DNA of 64,000 bases from an uncultured bacterium. GTDB taxonomy: Bacteria; Muiribacteriota; UBA9980. Position numbers and translations under genes: made by a program. Numbering within the stretch: position 1 is the first letter of the stretch; each line of letters begins with the position of its first letter. The stretch is from contig CAZKCG010000024.1 of NCBI GenBank assembly GCA_964551445.1, positions 4,849 to 68,848 on the forward strand. The letters are read 5' to 3'. Below the pieces are notes generated by a model. That model ran no database searches and was not told the DNA's origin. It saw nothing but the letters and a program-made list of their open reading frames with translations. This document shows positions 45,323 through 55,339 of this stretch, piece after piece.

Positions 45323-45565
45323 TTTAACTCCTGATCATCGGTAAATGCGGTCCCGGGTTGAAAATTAATTATTCAAACTTGATTTATTCGTGTTTTTGTA
45401 GTAGAATGATATTGCTTTTCAATTCTATTTATATTAAACCGATAATTTAGTTTTTTTATAACGCATCCGTTTTAACTGTACCGCCGAATAAAACTTAAAT
45501 TTTTAGTATAGGTCTCTTATTACTATTTCGTATTTTATTTACTTTACTGTAGAGGTGTTTTACTG

Positions 45566-46822
45566 ATGTCTGAACTTTTAAATGAAAATGGTGAAGCGCA
45601 GGAAATCCAGGACGAGGTCCCACAACGCAGATCGCCTGATTTCTCGGCGTTTGAAGCTCCCGCTGAAACGCCAGGCGCAAAGCCGGGCGATAAGGTGTTC
45701 GGAATGCTCGGAGACCCGGATAATCCTTTCCAGCTCGATCTCGCGGAGCTCGTTCCCGCCGAACAGCGCGTCGCCAATGAGCCGGCGATAAACACGTTTT
45801 TGAGGGCGCTCGTTAATTCAGGAGGCTCGGACCTTCACTTAAATTACAACGTTCCCCCGATATTACGCGTTCATGGCCAGATGAAGCCGCTTAAATTCAA
45901 GGCGCTTCCGGCTGAAACCATGAAAAAGATGCTCTATCAGATCCTCACCCCCGAACAGCGTCAGCGCTGCGAAGAGCGCCAGGAGGTCGACGCGTGTTAC
46001 ATGATAGAAGGCGCGGGCCGTTTCAGAATGAATATATATCATCAGCTTTACGGCCTGGCCGCCGTTTTTCGCGCCATTCCCATACGCGTTAAGACGATAG
46101 CTGAAGTCTCTCTTTCCGAGGACATAGCCAAGCTTGGCTTATACAGCCAGGGATTTATAATAGTCACGGGCGCCACCGGTTCCGGTAAATCCACGACCCT
46201 CGCGGCCATAATAGATTATATCAATAAAAGCGAATACCGCCATATAATAACGATAGAAGACCCGCTCGAATTCGTGCATACCAACTATAAATCGCTCGTC
46301 ACGCACCGCGAGGTCGGCCAGCACACGCTGTCGTTCGCGAGCGCCCTTCGCGCCGCGCTGCGCCAGGACCCCGACGTTATTCTCATGGGCGAATTGCGCG
46401 ACCTTGAAACTATCGAAATAGCTCTGACCGCGGCTGAAACCGGCCACATGGTTTTAGGCACGCTTCATACCAATAACGCGCCTGAAACGATATCCCGTAT
46501 CATATCGGTATTTCCCGCAGACCGTCAGGCGCAGATATCCATGCAGCTTTCGACGGTTCTGACCGCCGTCATATCCCAGGAATTGCTTCCGACCAAGGAT
46601 GGCAAGGGACGCGTCCCGATACGCGAGATCCTCGTCGGCAGCATGAGCGTTCGCGCCATGGTAAGGGATAACAAGATACCGCAGCTGAATTCGGCCATTG
46701 AAACCGGAAAGCGCCTCGGAATGAGGACCATGAAGGAGTCGGTGGAAGAAGCGCTGAAAAACGGAAAGATAAGCGAAGAAGTGGCCAAGGACAAACTCGA
46801 ACAGCTGGGTTCGAAGCAATAA
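45566..46822 (+). CDS. pilT: Type IV pilus retraction ATPase PilT family
   Basis: SDLHL, GATGSGKST, TIEDPLE, ALRQDPDVILMGELRD, GTLHT. Confidence 0.9.
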   Translation: MSELLNENGEAQEIQDEVPQRRSPDFSAFEAPAETPGAKPGDKVFGMLGDPDNPFQLDLAELVPAEQRVANEPAINTFLRALVNSGGSDLHLNYNVPPILRVHGQMKPLKFKALPAETMKKMLYQILTPEQRQRCEERQEVDACYMIEGAGRFRMNIYHQLYGLAAVFRAIPIRVKTIAEVSLSEDIAKLGLYSQGFIIVTGATGSGKSTTLAAIIDYINKSEYRHIITIEDPLEFVHTNYKSLVTHREVGQHTLSFASALRAALRQDPDVILMGELRDLETIEIALTAAETGHMVLGTLHTNNAPETISRIISVFPADRQAQISMQLSTVLTAVISQELLPTKDGKGRVPIREILVGSMSVRAMVRDNKIPQLNSAIETGKRLGMRTMKESVEEALKNGKISEEVAKDKLEQLGSKQ

Positions 46823-46846
46823 ATTAAATAAAAAAACTGAAAAATA

Positions 46847-46892
46847 AAAAAAGAACCCGCCGGTGATCTGGAACGGCGTGTTCTTTTTTTTA
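46847..46892. terminator. Intrinsic terminator between pilT and the convergent leuD-like gene
   Basis: AAAAAAGAAC.CGCCG...CGGCG.GTTCTTTTTTT. Confidence 0.7.
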
Positions 46893-46954
46893 TAGGCCTT
46901 TTCTTAAAAATGAAATATCCGGATGTTGTCGTTTTCTGAAAGGTTCAGGCGTGC

Positions 46955-47509
46955 TTAATTCGCCGGCGGAACGTATGAAAACATATTCCCGGCGTCGTAA
47001 ATATCTTTTTGGACACCGGAAAATGCCTCTCCGTGGGCGATCTCTGAAAGAACCGCGCCCTCGTTCTTTTGGACGATACCGCTTTCTATATCTACGGTAA
47101 TGATGTCCCCGTCTTTAATTTTCGGGGATTGGCAGTTTACGAGCTTTATTATTTCAGGGCAGGTCATTATCGGAAAACCTGAATTGATGGCGTTCCTTTT
47201 ATATATCGCGCCTATCGATTCGCAAATTATGAGCGAGACGCCGAGAGCGGCGAAACAATCGACGGCCTGCTGTCTGGATGATCCGGCTCCGAAATTTTTG
47301 CCGGTTATGATGATGTCGCCTTTTTTGACGAACTTGTGGAACTGTTCGTAGCCCTTGAGGTTTCCGAGCGCGTACTGGCCCATCTGGGCTATGTCGGTTA
47401 TCGCAAGATAATTATTGTGGAAGATCTGGTCGGTGTCGATATTGTTGTATATAAATCCGTCGGGGTCGCGCAGTATCCAGACCTTTCCGCTTAAAACGCG
47501 TTCTTTCAT
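46955..47509 (-). CDS. leuD: 3-isopropylmalate dehydratase/homoaconitase small subunit
   Basis: NIDTDQI, GKNFGAGSSRQQA, IYKRNAIN.G. Confidence 0.8.
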   Translation of the reverse strand: MKERVLSGKVWILRDPDGFIYNNIDTDQIFHNNYLAITDIAQMGQYALGNLKGYEQFHKFVKKGDIIITGKNFGAGSSRQQAVDCFAALGVSLIICESIGAIYKRNAINSGFPIMTCPEIIKLVNCQSPKIKDGDIITVDIESGIVQKNEGAVLSEIAHGEAFSGVQKDIYDAGNMFSYVPPAN

Positions 47510-47554
47510 CTTTATATTCTCCTTTTATTATATTTAAAAACCGCCGGGTCGGTC

Positions 47555-48811
47555 TTATTCATAAGAAATATAACCGTTCACGGCCGACATTGCCGCGACC
47601 AGTGGCGATGCGAGATAGGTTTTTCCGTCGCCCTGTTTTCCGTCGAAATTGCGGTTCGAAGTGGATATCTGGACCTCGTTCTTTCCGGTCATTCCTATCT
47701 GGCCGGAGGCGCATCCGCCGCAGCCCTGATTGGATATTATAAAGCCCGCATCGAAAAGCGTTTTTATTATTCCGGTTTCTATCATTTTCTGAAAAACTTC
47801 CTGCGTCGCCGGAACGATCTTGGCCATTATCTCGGGCCTGACCTTTTTTCCGGCCACGGCGCGGGCCGCCATTTCCATGTCTTCGTAACGGCCGTTGGTG
47901 CATGAACCTATAAACACCGAATCGACCTTTATATTTTTTAATTCGCTCACGTCGGATACGTTCTCGGGTGACGGCGGGCATGCTATCTGAGGAACGAGTC
48001 CGGAAATATCGACGGTGTGTTCTTCGAGATATTTCGCGTCGCTATCGGCTTTTATCGTTTCGATCTGCGTTCCCGCTGAAAGTTCGCGGAAATATTCGAA
48101 GGTCTTTTCATCGGCCGGGATTATGGCGACGATCGCTCCCATTTCGGTAGCCATGGAGGAAAGCGTTATGCGTTCGTGCATTTCGAGAGCGTCTATGGCT
48201 TCCCCGTAGAACTCGACGGATGTTCCGAGAAGTCCTGCGGAGCCGAATTTCTTCAGTATGAAGAGCGTAAGGTCCTTGGCCGTGGCGGGGAATTTAAGGT
48301 TGCCTTTGATGTTTATGCGGACCGAGGGCGGGATCTCGAACCATGTCGCGCCGTGGCGCATCGCGTATGCTATGTCCATATCGCCCATTCCCTGGCCGAA
48401 GGCCCCGACCGCGCCCATTATATTTAAATGCGAGTCGGTTCCGACTATCGTCGTTCCGGGAAGCGCTATGCCCTTTTCAATCAGGACGTGAGATCCGATG
48501 CCGGCGTTCACGTCGAATACGCGCACTCCGTGCTCGCGGGCGAATATCCTGCAGCTCTGCTGGTTGTTGGCGTAAGGGATGGTGTTGGCCGGAGCCTGGC
48601 AGTCAAAAGTAAAAAAGGTTTTGGCCGCGTCGGCGATCTTCTGGCCGGGATAATATTTTTTAATGTTCTTTACCACGTTCGCGCCGCCGAAATCGCGCGC
48701 CGAACGGACGTCAAGTTTTATCCAGACTATATTTCCCGGTTTTATATCGTCTCCGGGATGGATCAGGTGGTTCTTGAATATTTTTTCGACTATGGTATGA
48801 CCCATTTTCAT
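47555..48811 (-). CDS. leuC: 3-isopropylmalate dehydratase/homoaconitase large subunit (short LeuC/HacA type)
   Basis: GTDSH, FIGSCTNGR, GCGGC, STSNRNF.G.QG, YLASP. Confidence 0.82.
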   Translation of the reverse strand: MKMGHTIVEKIFKNHLIHPGDDIKPGNIVWIKLDVRSARDFGGANVVKNIKKYYPGQKIADAAKTFFTFDCQAPANTIPYANNQQSCRIFAREHGVRVFDVNAGIGSHVLIEKGIALPGTTIVGTDSHLNIMGAVGAFGQGMGDMDIAYAMRHGATWFEIPPSVRINIKGNLKFPATAKDLTLFILKKFGSAGLLGTSVEFYGEAIDALEMHERITLSSMATEMGAIVAIIPADEKTFEYFRELSAGTQIETIKADSDAKYLEEHTVDISGLVPQIACPPSPENVSDVSELKNIKVDSVFIGSCTNGRYEDMEMAARAVAGKKVRPEIMAKIVPATQEVFQKMIETGIIKTLFDAGFIISNQGCGGCASGQIGMTGKNEVQISTSNRNFDGKQGDGKTYLASPLVAAMSAVNGYISYE

Positions 48812-48824
48812 CCTCCAGATTAAA

Positions 48825-50888
48825 TTATTTCAGTGTGTCTATCTCTATGGTGCCTTTTATTTCAACGCCTCCGGTATCGTTTATCAGCTTGAGTTTTTCG
48901 GAAGGCAGCAGGTCTATGCTTTGAGTGGTCTGTAAAATTTCTATGCCGTAGGTATCGCTTCGCACGTTTATTTCGCCGGTAACGTTGGCGTCTTTAAGCT
49001 TGATCTCGACGCTCTTGCTGTCCGGCCGGGTCCCGTCGCCGCCGCCCTGTCTTTCAACCGGCGCTTTATCGTTTTTTTCGGGCGTGAATTTATGGATCTT
49101 CGGAAGGATTTCTTCGGGCGGAAATCCCATTATTTCGAAAAGCTTTCCGAAATACTCGGGATAAACGTTATACGAAAAGGCCTTGCCGTCCATAACGGAA
49201 CTTACTTCCGGAAGGCTCTTTTTCAGTTTCGAGAGTTTGCCGCTCATTATTTTTATCGAATTAAGATACGCGAAATTTGCGTGGACGTCGGGGAATGCCG
49301 GATCGAGCATCATGCCGCGGGCGTAATCGTCTATGGCGTCTTTTATTTTGTCGGCGGTGAAGAGCATGTCGCCGCGATGAATATAAAGCGCGCCGATGTT
49401 GGGGTCGATTTTTATCGCCCGGGCTATGGTTTCGGTGGCGTCCGTGAATTTTCCGTTCTTGAAATATGCCCACGCCAGAGAATCCAGATAAACGGCGTTC
49501 GCGGGTTCGGCCTCGACGGCGGTCTTGCAATATTTAAGGGCGTCCTCGAACCGGGTCCCCGCCTCGCAGAGGACGTACCCGAGGTTGTTCGCGGCCAGGG
49601 CGTTCTTCGGGTCCGTGACCACGATGAACTCGAGGTGCTTTATAGCGTCTTCGTTGTTGTTCTGCTGAAGGTATATTTCGGCCAGATGTTCGTTGACGTC
49701 TTTGGAATTCGGGTTTATGTTATATGCCTTTTTTAGCGTTTCAACCGCTTTTTTTATGTCGCGGTTCTTATAATACGCGCAGCCGAGCGAGTCTAAGAAC
49801 ACTGAGTTATCGGGATCGAGCCCGACGGCTTTTTTGCAGTGCTCGAGGGCCATGTCCAGCTTCACGTTGCTCATTACGTAGAGGTATCCGAGATTGTTGT
49901 GCGCGGCGGCCGAGTCCTGGTTTTTATCTATGAGGTGCAGATAGGCGGTTTCTTCGAGCCAGAAGGGTTTCTGGCTTTTGCGCTGGTCGTATTCGGACAG
50001 GAGCTCTATGAGGTTTCTGAAGACCTTTTCCTTGAGCATGGAGTTTTTCGGGGCCAGTTTTATCGCCTGCATGAATTCGGCGTACGCGAGCTGATGTATA
50101 TCCGGCGAATTCTGAGATATGGCCTGAAATGTCGAACCGACGATATAGTGGAATTGAGGGTCCGTGACCTCGAATGAAAGAGATTTTTTCAGTTCCTCGA
50201 GGGGATCGTAAAGTTTGAATTCGGATATGTCGTGGTCTTTAAGGGACGCGTAGATGACCGTATAGAAAAGATGATAATACGCGTTCAGAGGCTCGGCCTG
50301 AAGGAGGGCGGCCATGTCGCATAACGCCATGAGTGCGTAGGAGCGGCCGCTGAAATTCTGATAACCGAGGTTGGCGATGAGCATGTATAGATAGGCCCTG
50401 TCGAAAAAAGTAATGGATATCTGCGGATCGTATCTTAAAAGAACGTATGATAGGACCTTTTCGATGTCCTCCCCCGATTCGCTTATCGCCTTGGTGCCGG
50501 TCGTGATCTTGTTGATGTGGCTCGATAAAAGAAAGGCGTGAAGCGGAAGATTCCTCGGGTCGGCCTCCATAAGTTTTTTCAGCGTCGGAAGGTCAAGGTC
50601 GTCATATTTAAGATTCTGGTTGAAGATGCCTATTCCGAAATCTATCTTCGATGAAACGCTGCCCTGGGCGGCCGCCGCCGGAAGACAAAAAAACAGGGCG
50701 GAAAGGAACGCCGTGACAAGGCATACGGCCGTTCTCCGGAAAGATCCGGATGTATGGGGACGGATATTAAATATGTACAATATATTCACTCCTTGCTTAC
50801 ATTTAAATGCGTTTAAACAAAAATACTTCTGGATTATACCAAAAAAAGAAAAAAAAGACAATTTTGTTTTTTGAATTTTGCTTGACAT
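48825..50888 (-). CDS. Exported tetratricopeptide-repeat protein (start uncertain, probably downstream of 50888)
   Basis: TPRs AHNNLGY..LDSLG..Y; signal-like segment AVCLVTAFLSALFFCLPAAA. Confidence 0.75.
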   Translation of the reverse strand: MSSKIQKTKLSFFSFFGIIQKYFCLNAFKCKQGVNILYIFNIRPHTSGSFRRTAVCLVTAFLSALFFCLPAAAAQGSVSSKIDFGIGIFNQNLKYDDLDLPTLKKLMEADPRNLPLHAFLLSSHINKITTGTKAISESGEDIEKVLSYVLLRYDPQISITFFDRAYLYMLIANLGYQNFSGRSYALMALCDMAALLQAEPLNAYYHLFYTVIYASLKDHDISEFKLYDPLEELKKSLSFEVTDPQFHYIVGSTFQAISQNSPDIHQLAYAEFMQAIKLAPKNSMLKEKVFRNLIELLSEYDQRKSQKPFWLEETAYLHLIDKNQDSAAAHNNLGYLYVMSNVKLDMALEHCKKAVGLDPDNSVFLDSLGCAYYKNRDIKKAVETLKKAYNINPNSKDVNEHLAEIYLQQNNNEDAIKHLEFIVVTDPKNALAANNLGYVLCEAGTRFEDALKYCKTAVEAEPANAVYLDSLAWAYFKNGKFTDATETIARAIKIDPNIGALYIHRGDMLFTADKIKDAIDDYARGMMLDPAFPDVHANFAYLNSIKIMSGKLSKLKKSLPEVSSVMDGKAFSYNVYPEYFGKLFEIMGFPPEEILPKIHKFTPEKNDKAPVERQGGGDGTRPDSKSVEIKLKDANVTGEINVRSDTYGIEILQTTQSIDLLPSEKLKLINDTGGVEIKGTIEIDTLK

Positions 50889-50910
50889 TTAAAGAGTATA
50901 AACATATAAT
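50882..50910 (+). promoter_or_regulatory. Consensus sigma70 promoter of the DtxR operon
   Basis: TTGACA-17 nt-TATAAT. Confidence 0.75.
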
Positions 50911-51010
50911 TTCTAAAAAAGTAATAATACTGACGCAGTGGTTTTTAATGCTCCGGCATTGAAGCCGTTTTCTTATATTCACACATAAAAATCCGCGGGA
51001 GAAACAACTA

Positions 51011-51676
51011 ATGCAGGAAAACATCCGCCACGATCTCGAAGAGGCCCTTACCATACTATGGAAGGAAACCGAAAATAACAACTACAGCTTTTCCGCGGCC
51101 GGCGAAAAGATCGGAAAATTCATCGGCGCAGGCGCCCCGTCAGAGCTTATCGCTTCCGGCCTTATAAAGGTAGATAAAACTTCGGACCGGTATGAATTCA
51201 CGGAAAAAGGCTACAAACGCGCCTACGATCTGGCCAGACGCCACCGGCTCACTGAGCGCCTTCTTACCGACGTCCTGCGCATGGATAAAGCGAAGGTCGA
51301 CACCGAGGCCTGCGCTCTCGAGCATATAATTTCCAAGGAGCTCGAGGAGAACATCTGCACGCTTCTCGGCCATCCGAAGATATGTCCTCACGGTTCGCCC
51401 ATAATGCCTGGAGAATGCTGCAAAAACGGCCTTTCGAAGGTCGGGCGCGCCATATTCGCGCTTTCGGAGCTCTCTCACGGAGAACGCGGGTACGTTTCAT
51501 ATATACTTACGGCCGAACATCCTTTTCTTCATAAACTTCTGTCGCTTGGCCTCGTTCCGGGAATAATGATCTCGGTCCACCAGACCTTTCCGGCCTACGT
51601 TATAGAATTCGAACAGACGCAGCTTGCGATCGAGGACGGGGTCGCAGCCAATATTTTCGTCAGGAAGATATCATGA
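51011..51676 (+). CDS. DtxR/MntR family metal-dependent regulator with C-terminal FeoA domain
   Basis: RRHRLTERLL.DVL, EACALEH, P..CPHG.PI; FeoA KLLSLGLVPG. Confidence 0.85.
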   Translation: MQENIRHDLEEALTILWKETENNNYSFSAAGEKIGKFIGAGAPSELIASGLIKVDKTSDRYEFTEKGYKRAYDLARRHRLTERLLTDVLRMDKAKVDTEACALEHIISKELEENICTLLGHPKICPHGSPIMPGECCKNGLSKVGRAIFALSELSHGERGYVSYILTAEHPFLHKLLSLGLVPGIMISVHQTFPAYVIEFEQTQLAIEDGVAANIFVRKIS

Positions 51677-52689
51677 AGCGCATTTTTTTTATATCCGCCG
51701 CGGTCTGTTTTCTTTTTTTCACGCTTTCGTCCCGCTTTACGGATCCCGCGTATTCCCAGACAGGCCTGAAAAAAACGGTATATTCCGAAGAATTAATATT
51801 CGAGACCGCTTTGGCTCCGCTGGGCATAAAAGACGATTCCGCCGCCGCTTACGCAGGCCCCCTGTCGGCTCTGGGCTGTCTTGCCGCGCTCAGCGATCGG
51901 GCCGGCGGTGAAAGGCTTCTGCTTTATTCAAGCATATCTTCATCATTTTATATTTTTTCCATGTCCGGCGGCCTCGAAAAAACGGTGAAATTGAACAGTC
52001 TTAACGGGTACGGCCCGCCGCCGGTCTTTTCCGATATCGCGGTCTCCGCTGACGGGAAGATCTATGCCTGTGATATCGCGGGCGACAGGCTGGCGGTCTT
52101 TAACGGCGATCTCGGCATCATAAAGAGCGTGGACCTGGCGGACCGTTCGGTTTATGTACCCGACGGGATCTACTCGTTTATAAACGCCGATTGTCAGGGG
52201 AATTTAAGGGCCTACGCGCCGGCGTCCTCTACAACCACGGTTTTTTCAGGTGACGCTCTCGAAAAAAGATCGTCATTTAAAGGATTTGTTTCTTCGTTCT
52301 CGGCTCCTTCGCCGGAAGAAAAAAATATTTATTTCGCCGAATATTCAGCAAATATAGTTAAGTTTATGGAGGCGCCCCCGGGCGATCAGGCCCGCGTTTT
52401 TTTTGTCTCCGATTATCCCGCGGATGTCAGGTCCGTCTATTTTATAGGCGGGCGTGGCGGGATTCTATATTTTCTGATCGATACGCTAAATTTTGACGGC
52501 GTTATACATACCGTCGTCGAGATAGGAACCGATAAAAAGTTTATTTCAGGGGTCCGTATAGATCTTCAACAGGAATGTTTCAAGCCTTTAAAGATAATTC
52601 TTTCACCTTCCGGAAGACTCCTTTTTTTAAAAAAGAAGGGAGAAAAATACGCGGTGGTCGAATTGAAAAAAAATCAGGTCCTCGAATGA
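51673..52689 (+). CDS. Secreted beta-propeller-like hypothetical protein
   Basis: Signal peptide; DIAVSADGKIYACD NHL-like repeat; overlaps the DtxR stop (ATGA). Confidence 0.6.
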   Translation: MKRIFFISAAVCFLFFTLSSRFTDPAYSQTGLKKTVYSEELIFETALAPLGIKDDSAAAYAGPLSALGCLAALSDRAGGERLLLYSSISSSFYIFSMSGGLEKTVKLNSLNGYGPPPVFSDIAVSADGKIYACDIAGDRLAVFNGDLGIIKSVDLADRSVYVPDGIYSFINADCQGNLRAYAPASSTTTVFSGDALEKRSSFKGFVSSFSAPSPEEKNIYFAEYSANIVKFMEAPPGDQARVFFVSDYPADVRSVYFIGGRGGILYFLIDTLNFDGVIHTVVEIGTDKKFISGVRIDLQQECFKPLKIILSPSGRLLFLKKKGEKYAVVELKKNQVLE

Positions 52690-52701
52690 CCCGCGGCTGG
52701 A

Positions 52702-53658
52702 GTGTTTTTTAAGATGATGAAATTCCGGTATTTATTGATATGCTTTATGGTTGTTTTTTTGCCGTTTCCCGGAATCGGATTTTTCGCCACGGCGCAGGAA
52801 AACGAAAAAGGCGGAGCGCTGTCCATTCACTTTGATGAAAAGAACGAGAATGGGGCGGCATTCGCCGATGGATATCACAAGATATTTCCGTATGGTTTCA
52901 AGATATCGCTTGACGGCTCGCTTTTTCTTTCGAACACTCTTAAAAATTCGATACTTCAGTTCGATTTCATGGGCCGCCTCGTTAAGTCTTATTCCGGGTC
53001 CGGTGAGTTATTCAGGACGCCCGGCGATCTGACCTTCGACAGCGACGGCATGCTGTATTTCGCCAACATGGAAAAAATGACGGTCGTAAAGGTCGATATG
53101 CTTTCATCTATAAGCCAGACCTTCGGCGGGTACGGCGCTTCCGATGAAAAGCTTCTTTCGATATATCAGATAGAGACGGCTCCCGGGAAAAAGCTTTTCG
53201 TGCAGGACACTCTTTCCGCCAGGATAAACGTATACAGCCCTTCCGGTTCTTTTATAAAAAAAGTGCCGTGCAACGTCCCCGGATTTTCCATAAATCTTCG
53301 AGGCCAGCTTCTTTTTTTAAGGCGCGACGAGGTCATGGGATACGCTCTTTATCTGCTCGAACCCAATTCCAAAACGCCTTTAAAGTTATACGACATCGGG
53401 CTTGCCGAAATAGCCGGCCTTGAATTTATCGGCGCCGATTATAAGGGGAACGCTTACCTCGCCGCCGTCAATGACGGAGATCATCGATTCGTTCATGTTT
53501 ATAATCCCAACGGGGTTTTATGGGCGTCACACCGTTTGAAGAACTCGCCGATCCCCCGTCAGTTCTTCGTGTTCGGCGACGGCTCGATTTATTCGGCCGA
53601 GGTTGAAAGACAGGCGGCAGGATCAAGACCCGTTAAGATATCGGTCAGGAAATATTGA
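52702..53658 (+). CDS. Secreted NHL/beta-propeller-like protein
   Basis: Signal peptide; PGDLTFDSDGMLYF, FIGADYKGNAYL. Confidence 0.6.
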   Translation: MFFKMMKFRYLLICFMVVFLPFPGIGFFATAQENEKGGALSIHFDEKNENGAAFADGYHKIFPYGFKISLDGSLFLSNTLKNSILQFDFMGRLVKSYSGSGELFRTPGDLTFDSDGMLYFANMEKMTVVKVDMLSSISQTFGGYGASDEKLLSIYQIETAPGKKLFVQDTLSARINVYSPSGSFIKKVPCNVPGFSINLRGQLLFLRRDEVMGYALYLLEPNSKTPLKLYDIGLAEIAGLEFIGADYKGNAYLAAVNDGDHRFVHVYNPNGVLWASHRLKNSPIPRQFFVFGDGSIYSAEVERQAAGSRPVKISVRKY

Positions 53659-53677
53659 AGATTTACCGGAGGAGAAC

Positions 53678-54661
53678 ATGAAGTACTATAAGATCACAGC
53701 CATTCTTCTGGCCGCTTTTTTGTCCGCGTCCGGCGCCCCCGGTCTCCATGCCGGGCAGAACAGGGTCGAGACCATAATCTCCCAGAACTTCGGAAAGACG
53801 TTAGACGACATATTCGGGGTTTCGCAGTCGTCTCAGGAATATTCGCCGTATTTTCCGAACAGCTCGCCGGCTTTTTGCCTTTCGCCGGGAAAAACGGAAC
53901 AGCATCTATACATTCTCGACGCCATGAACCGGCGCGTGAAAAAGTTCTCCATTGCGGGTAACTTTGTCTCGCAAATTCCCATCGAAAATAAGGACATGAA
54001 GACTGAATCGTTATGCGGAATACATGTCGACGGATCCGGCGGTTCCGAAGAAATAATGATATATTCTAAAAAAAACATATACTTTATAGGCCCGTCGGGC
54101 GCCGTGACCGGAACGGTCGAGATACCGGAGGACATCGATATCTCATGCGCTTTCCGTACCGGCCCGGATAAGGCGCTTATATACGACGCTTCGAGTTTCA
54201 CGCTTTTCGAAGCCGCCTTCGGCGCCGGCGGCGCCGTTTTTTCCGCGGCCGCCGAAAAATTAACGAGCCCCTGGCCGGCGGCGCCGGAATCTCTTTATTC
54301 ATGCCGGCTTCCTGATTACGGAACTCTTCTTATATTGAAAGCGGCGTGGAACAAAAAAAACGTTTCGGCCGAGTTTTACAGGTTCGCCGCGCCTGAGGGC
54401 GAACGGATTTCCGCGCCGCGCGTAATCGGGACGGACGAGCTGGCTAATGTTTATATACGCCGTTATTCAAGCCTTTTTGAAGTGTTTTCAGTTCTTTCCC
54501 CGGCCGGAAAACTTTTGCGTGAATTTTCACTCGATCCGTCGATGGTCGGCGGCCGTACCAATATGTACCGCGACGAGTTTGTTGACTCAAAAGGCAATAT
54601 TTACATGGCTTTTAATGAGAAAAACAGGTTCGTTATCAAAAAAATATTTAATGAAAATTAA
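53678..54661 (+). CDS. Secreted beta-propeller-like protein
   Basis: ATG 53678 after GGAGGAG; signal peptide; LYILDAMNRRVKKF, IGTDELANVYI, VDSKGNIY. Confidence 0.6.
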   Translation: MKYYKITAILLAAFLSASGAPGLHAGQNRVETIISQNFGKTLDDIFGVSQSSQEYSPYFPNSSPAFCLSPGKTEQHLYILDAMNRRVKKFSIAGNFVSQIPIENKDMKTESLCGIHVDGSGGSEEIMIYSKKNIYFIGPSGAVTGTVEIPEDIDISCAFRTGPDKALIYDASSFTLFEAAFGAGGAVFSAAAEKLTSPWPAAPESLYSCRLPDYGTLLILKAAWNKKNVSAEFYRFAAPEGERISAPRVIGTDELANVYIRRYSSLFEVFSVLSPAGKLLREFSLDPSMVGGRTNMYRDEFVDSKGNIYMAFNEKNRFVIKKIFNEN

Positions 54662-54780
54662 AAATAACTTTACAAAGCCGCCATTATTTGATATAATGAT
54701 ATTACCTTTTACTGGGGTTTCTTGTTTTTTGCACGAACGTTACTTCCGGTGGGGGAATAATATTAGAGGTGGTTGTAACA

Positions 54781-55050
54781 ATGTCATTAAGCCTTGAAAC
54801 CAAACAGAAAGTGATTGGAAAGTACAAAAATCACGAGACAGACACCGGCTCAGTCGAAGTGCAAGTTGCCCTTTTAACGGCAAGAATTTCTCAATTGAGC
54901 GATCATTTTAAAATGCACAAAAAAGACCATCATTCCAGGCTCGGTCTTCTTAAACTTGTCGGCCAGAGAAAACGCCTCATCACTTACCTGAAACGCGTTA
55001 ATCCTAACAAGTACAAAGAGATCGTTGAAATGCTCGGAATCAGAAAGTAG
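54781..55050 (+). CDS. rpsO: 30S ribosomal protein S15
   Basis: DTGSVEVQVALLTARI..L..H...HKKDHHSRLGLLKLVGQRKRL; upstream of pnp. Confidence 0.98.
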   Translation: MSLSLETKQKVIGKYKNHETDTGSVEVQVALLTARISQLSDHFKMHKKDHHSRLGLLKLVGQRKRLITYLKRVNPNKYKEIVEMLGIRK

Positions 55051-55221
55051 TCTTTCGCGTAACTTTAATAAAAAGTATTTGGTTTTTTGTTTCGTTTATA
55101 TCCGCAGTTTTCGGTTGTTGTCAAAACAGCTGTTATATTACTGTTTTATTTGATCCTTAGTCAATAAACTTTAATAATATAGGCTAACTTTGTTTTACTT
55201 GAAATCAAAAGCTTTCACCAG

Positions 55222-55255
55222 AAAAAATGGGAGTTTAAATACTCCCATTTTTTTT
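55222..55255 (+). terminator. Intrinsic terminator after rpsO
   Basis: AAAAAATGGGAGT-ttaaat-ACTCCCATTTTTTTT. Confidence 0.8.
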
Positions 55256-55339
55256 ATTTTTGTTCGTTTTTTATATGGACAAAATTTCCGTTTTGATATA
55301 TAATATTTCCACAATCAAAAGGAAACAAGGAGAGATTTA

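Noticed and set aside
49092-49736. 214-aa + strand ORF
   Set aside because: Antisense to the TPR gene; no motif evidence.
54690-54780. S15 autoregulatory leader RNA upstream of rpsO
   Set aside because: Plausible by position, but no known leader consensus or convincing structure could be identified by eye.
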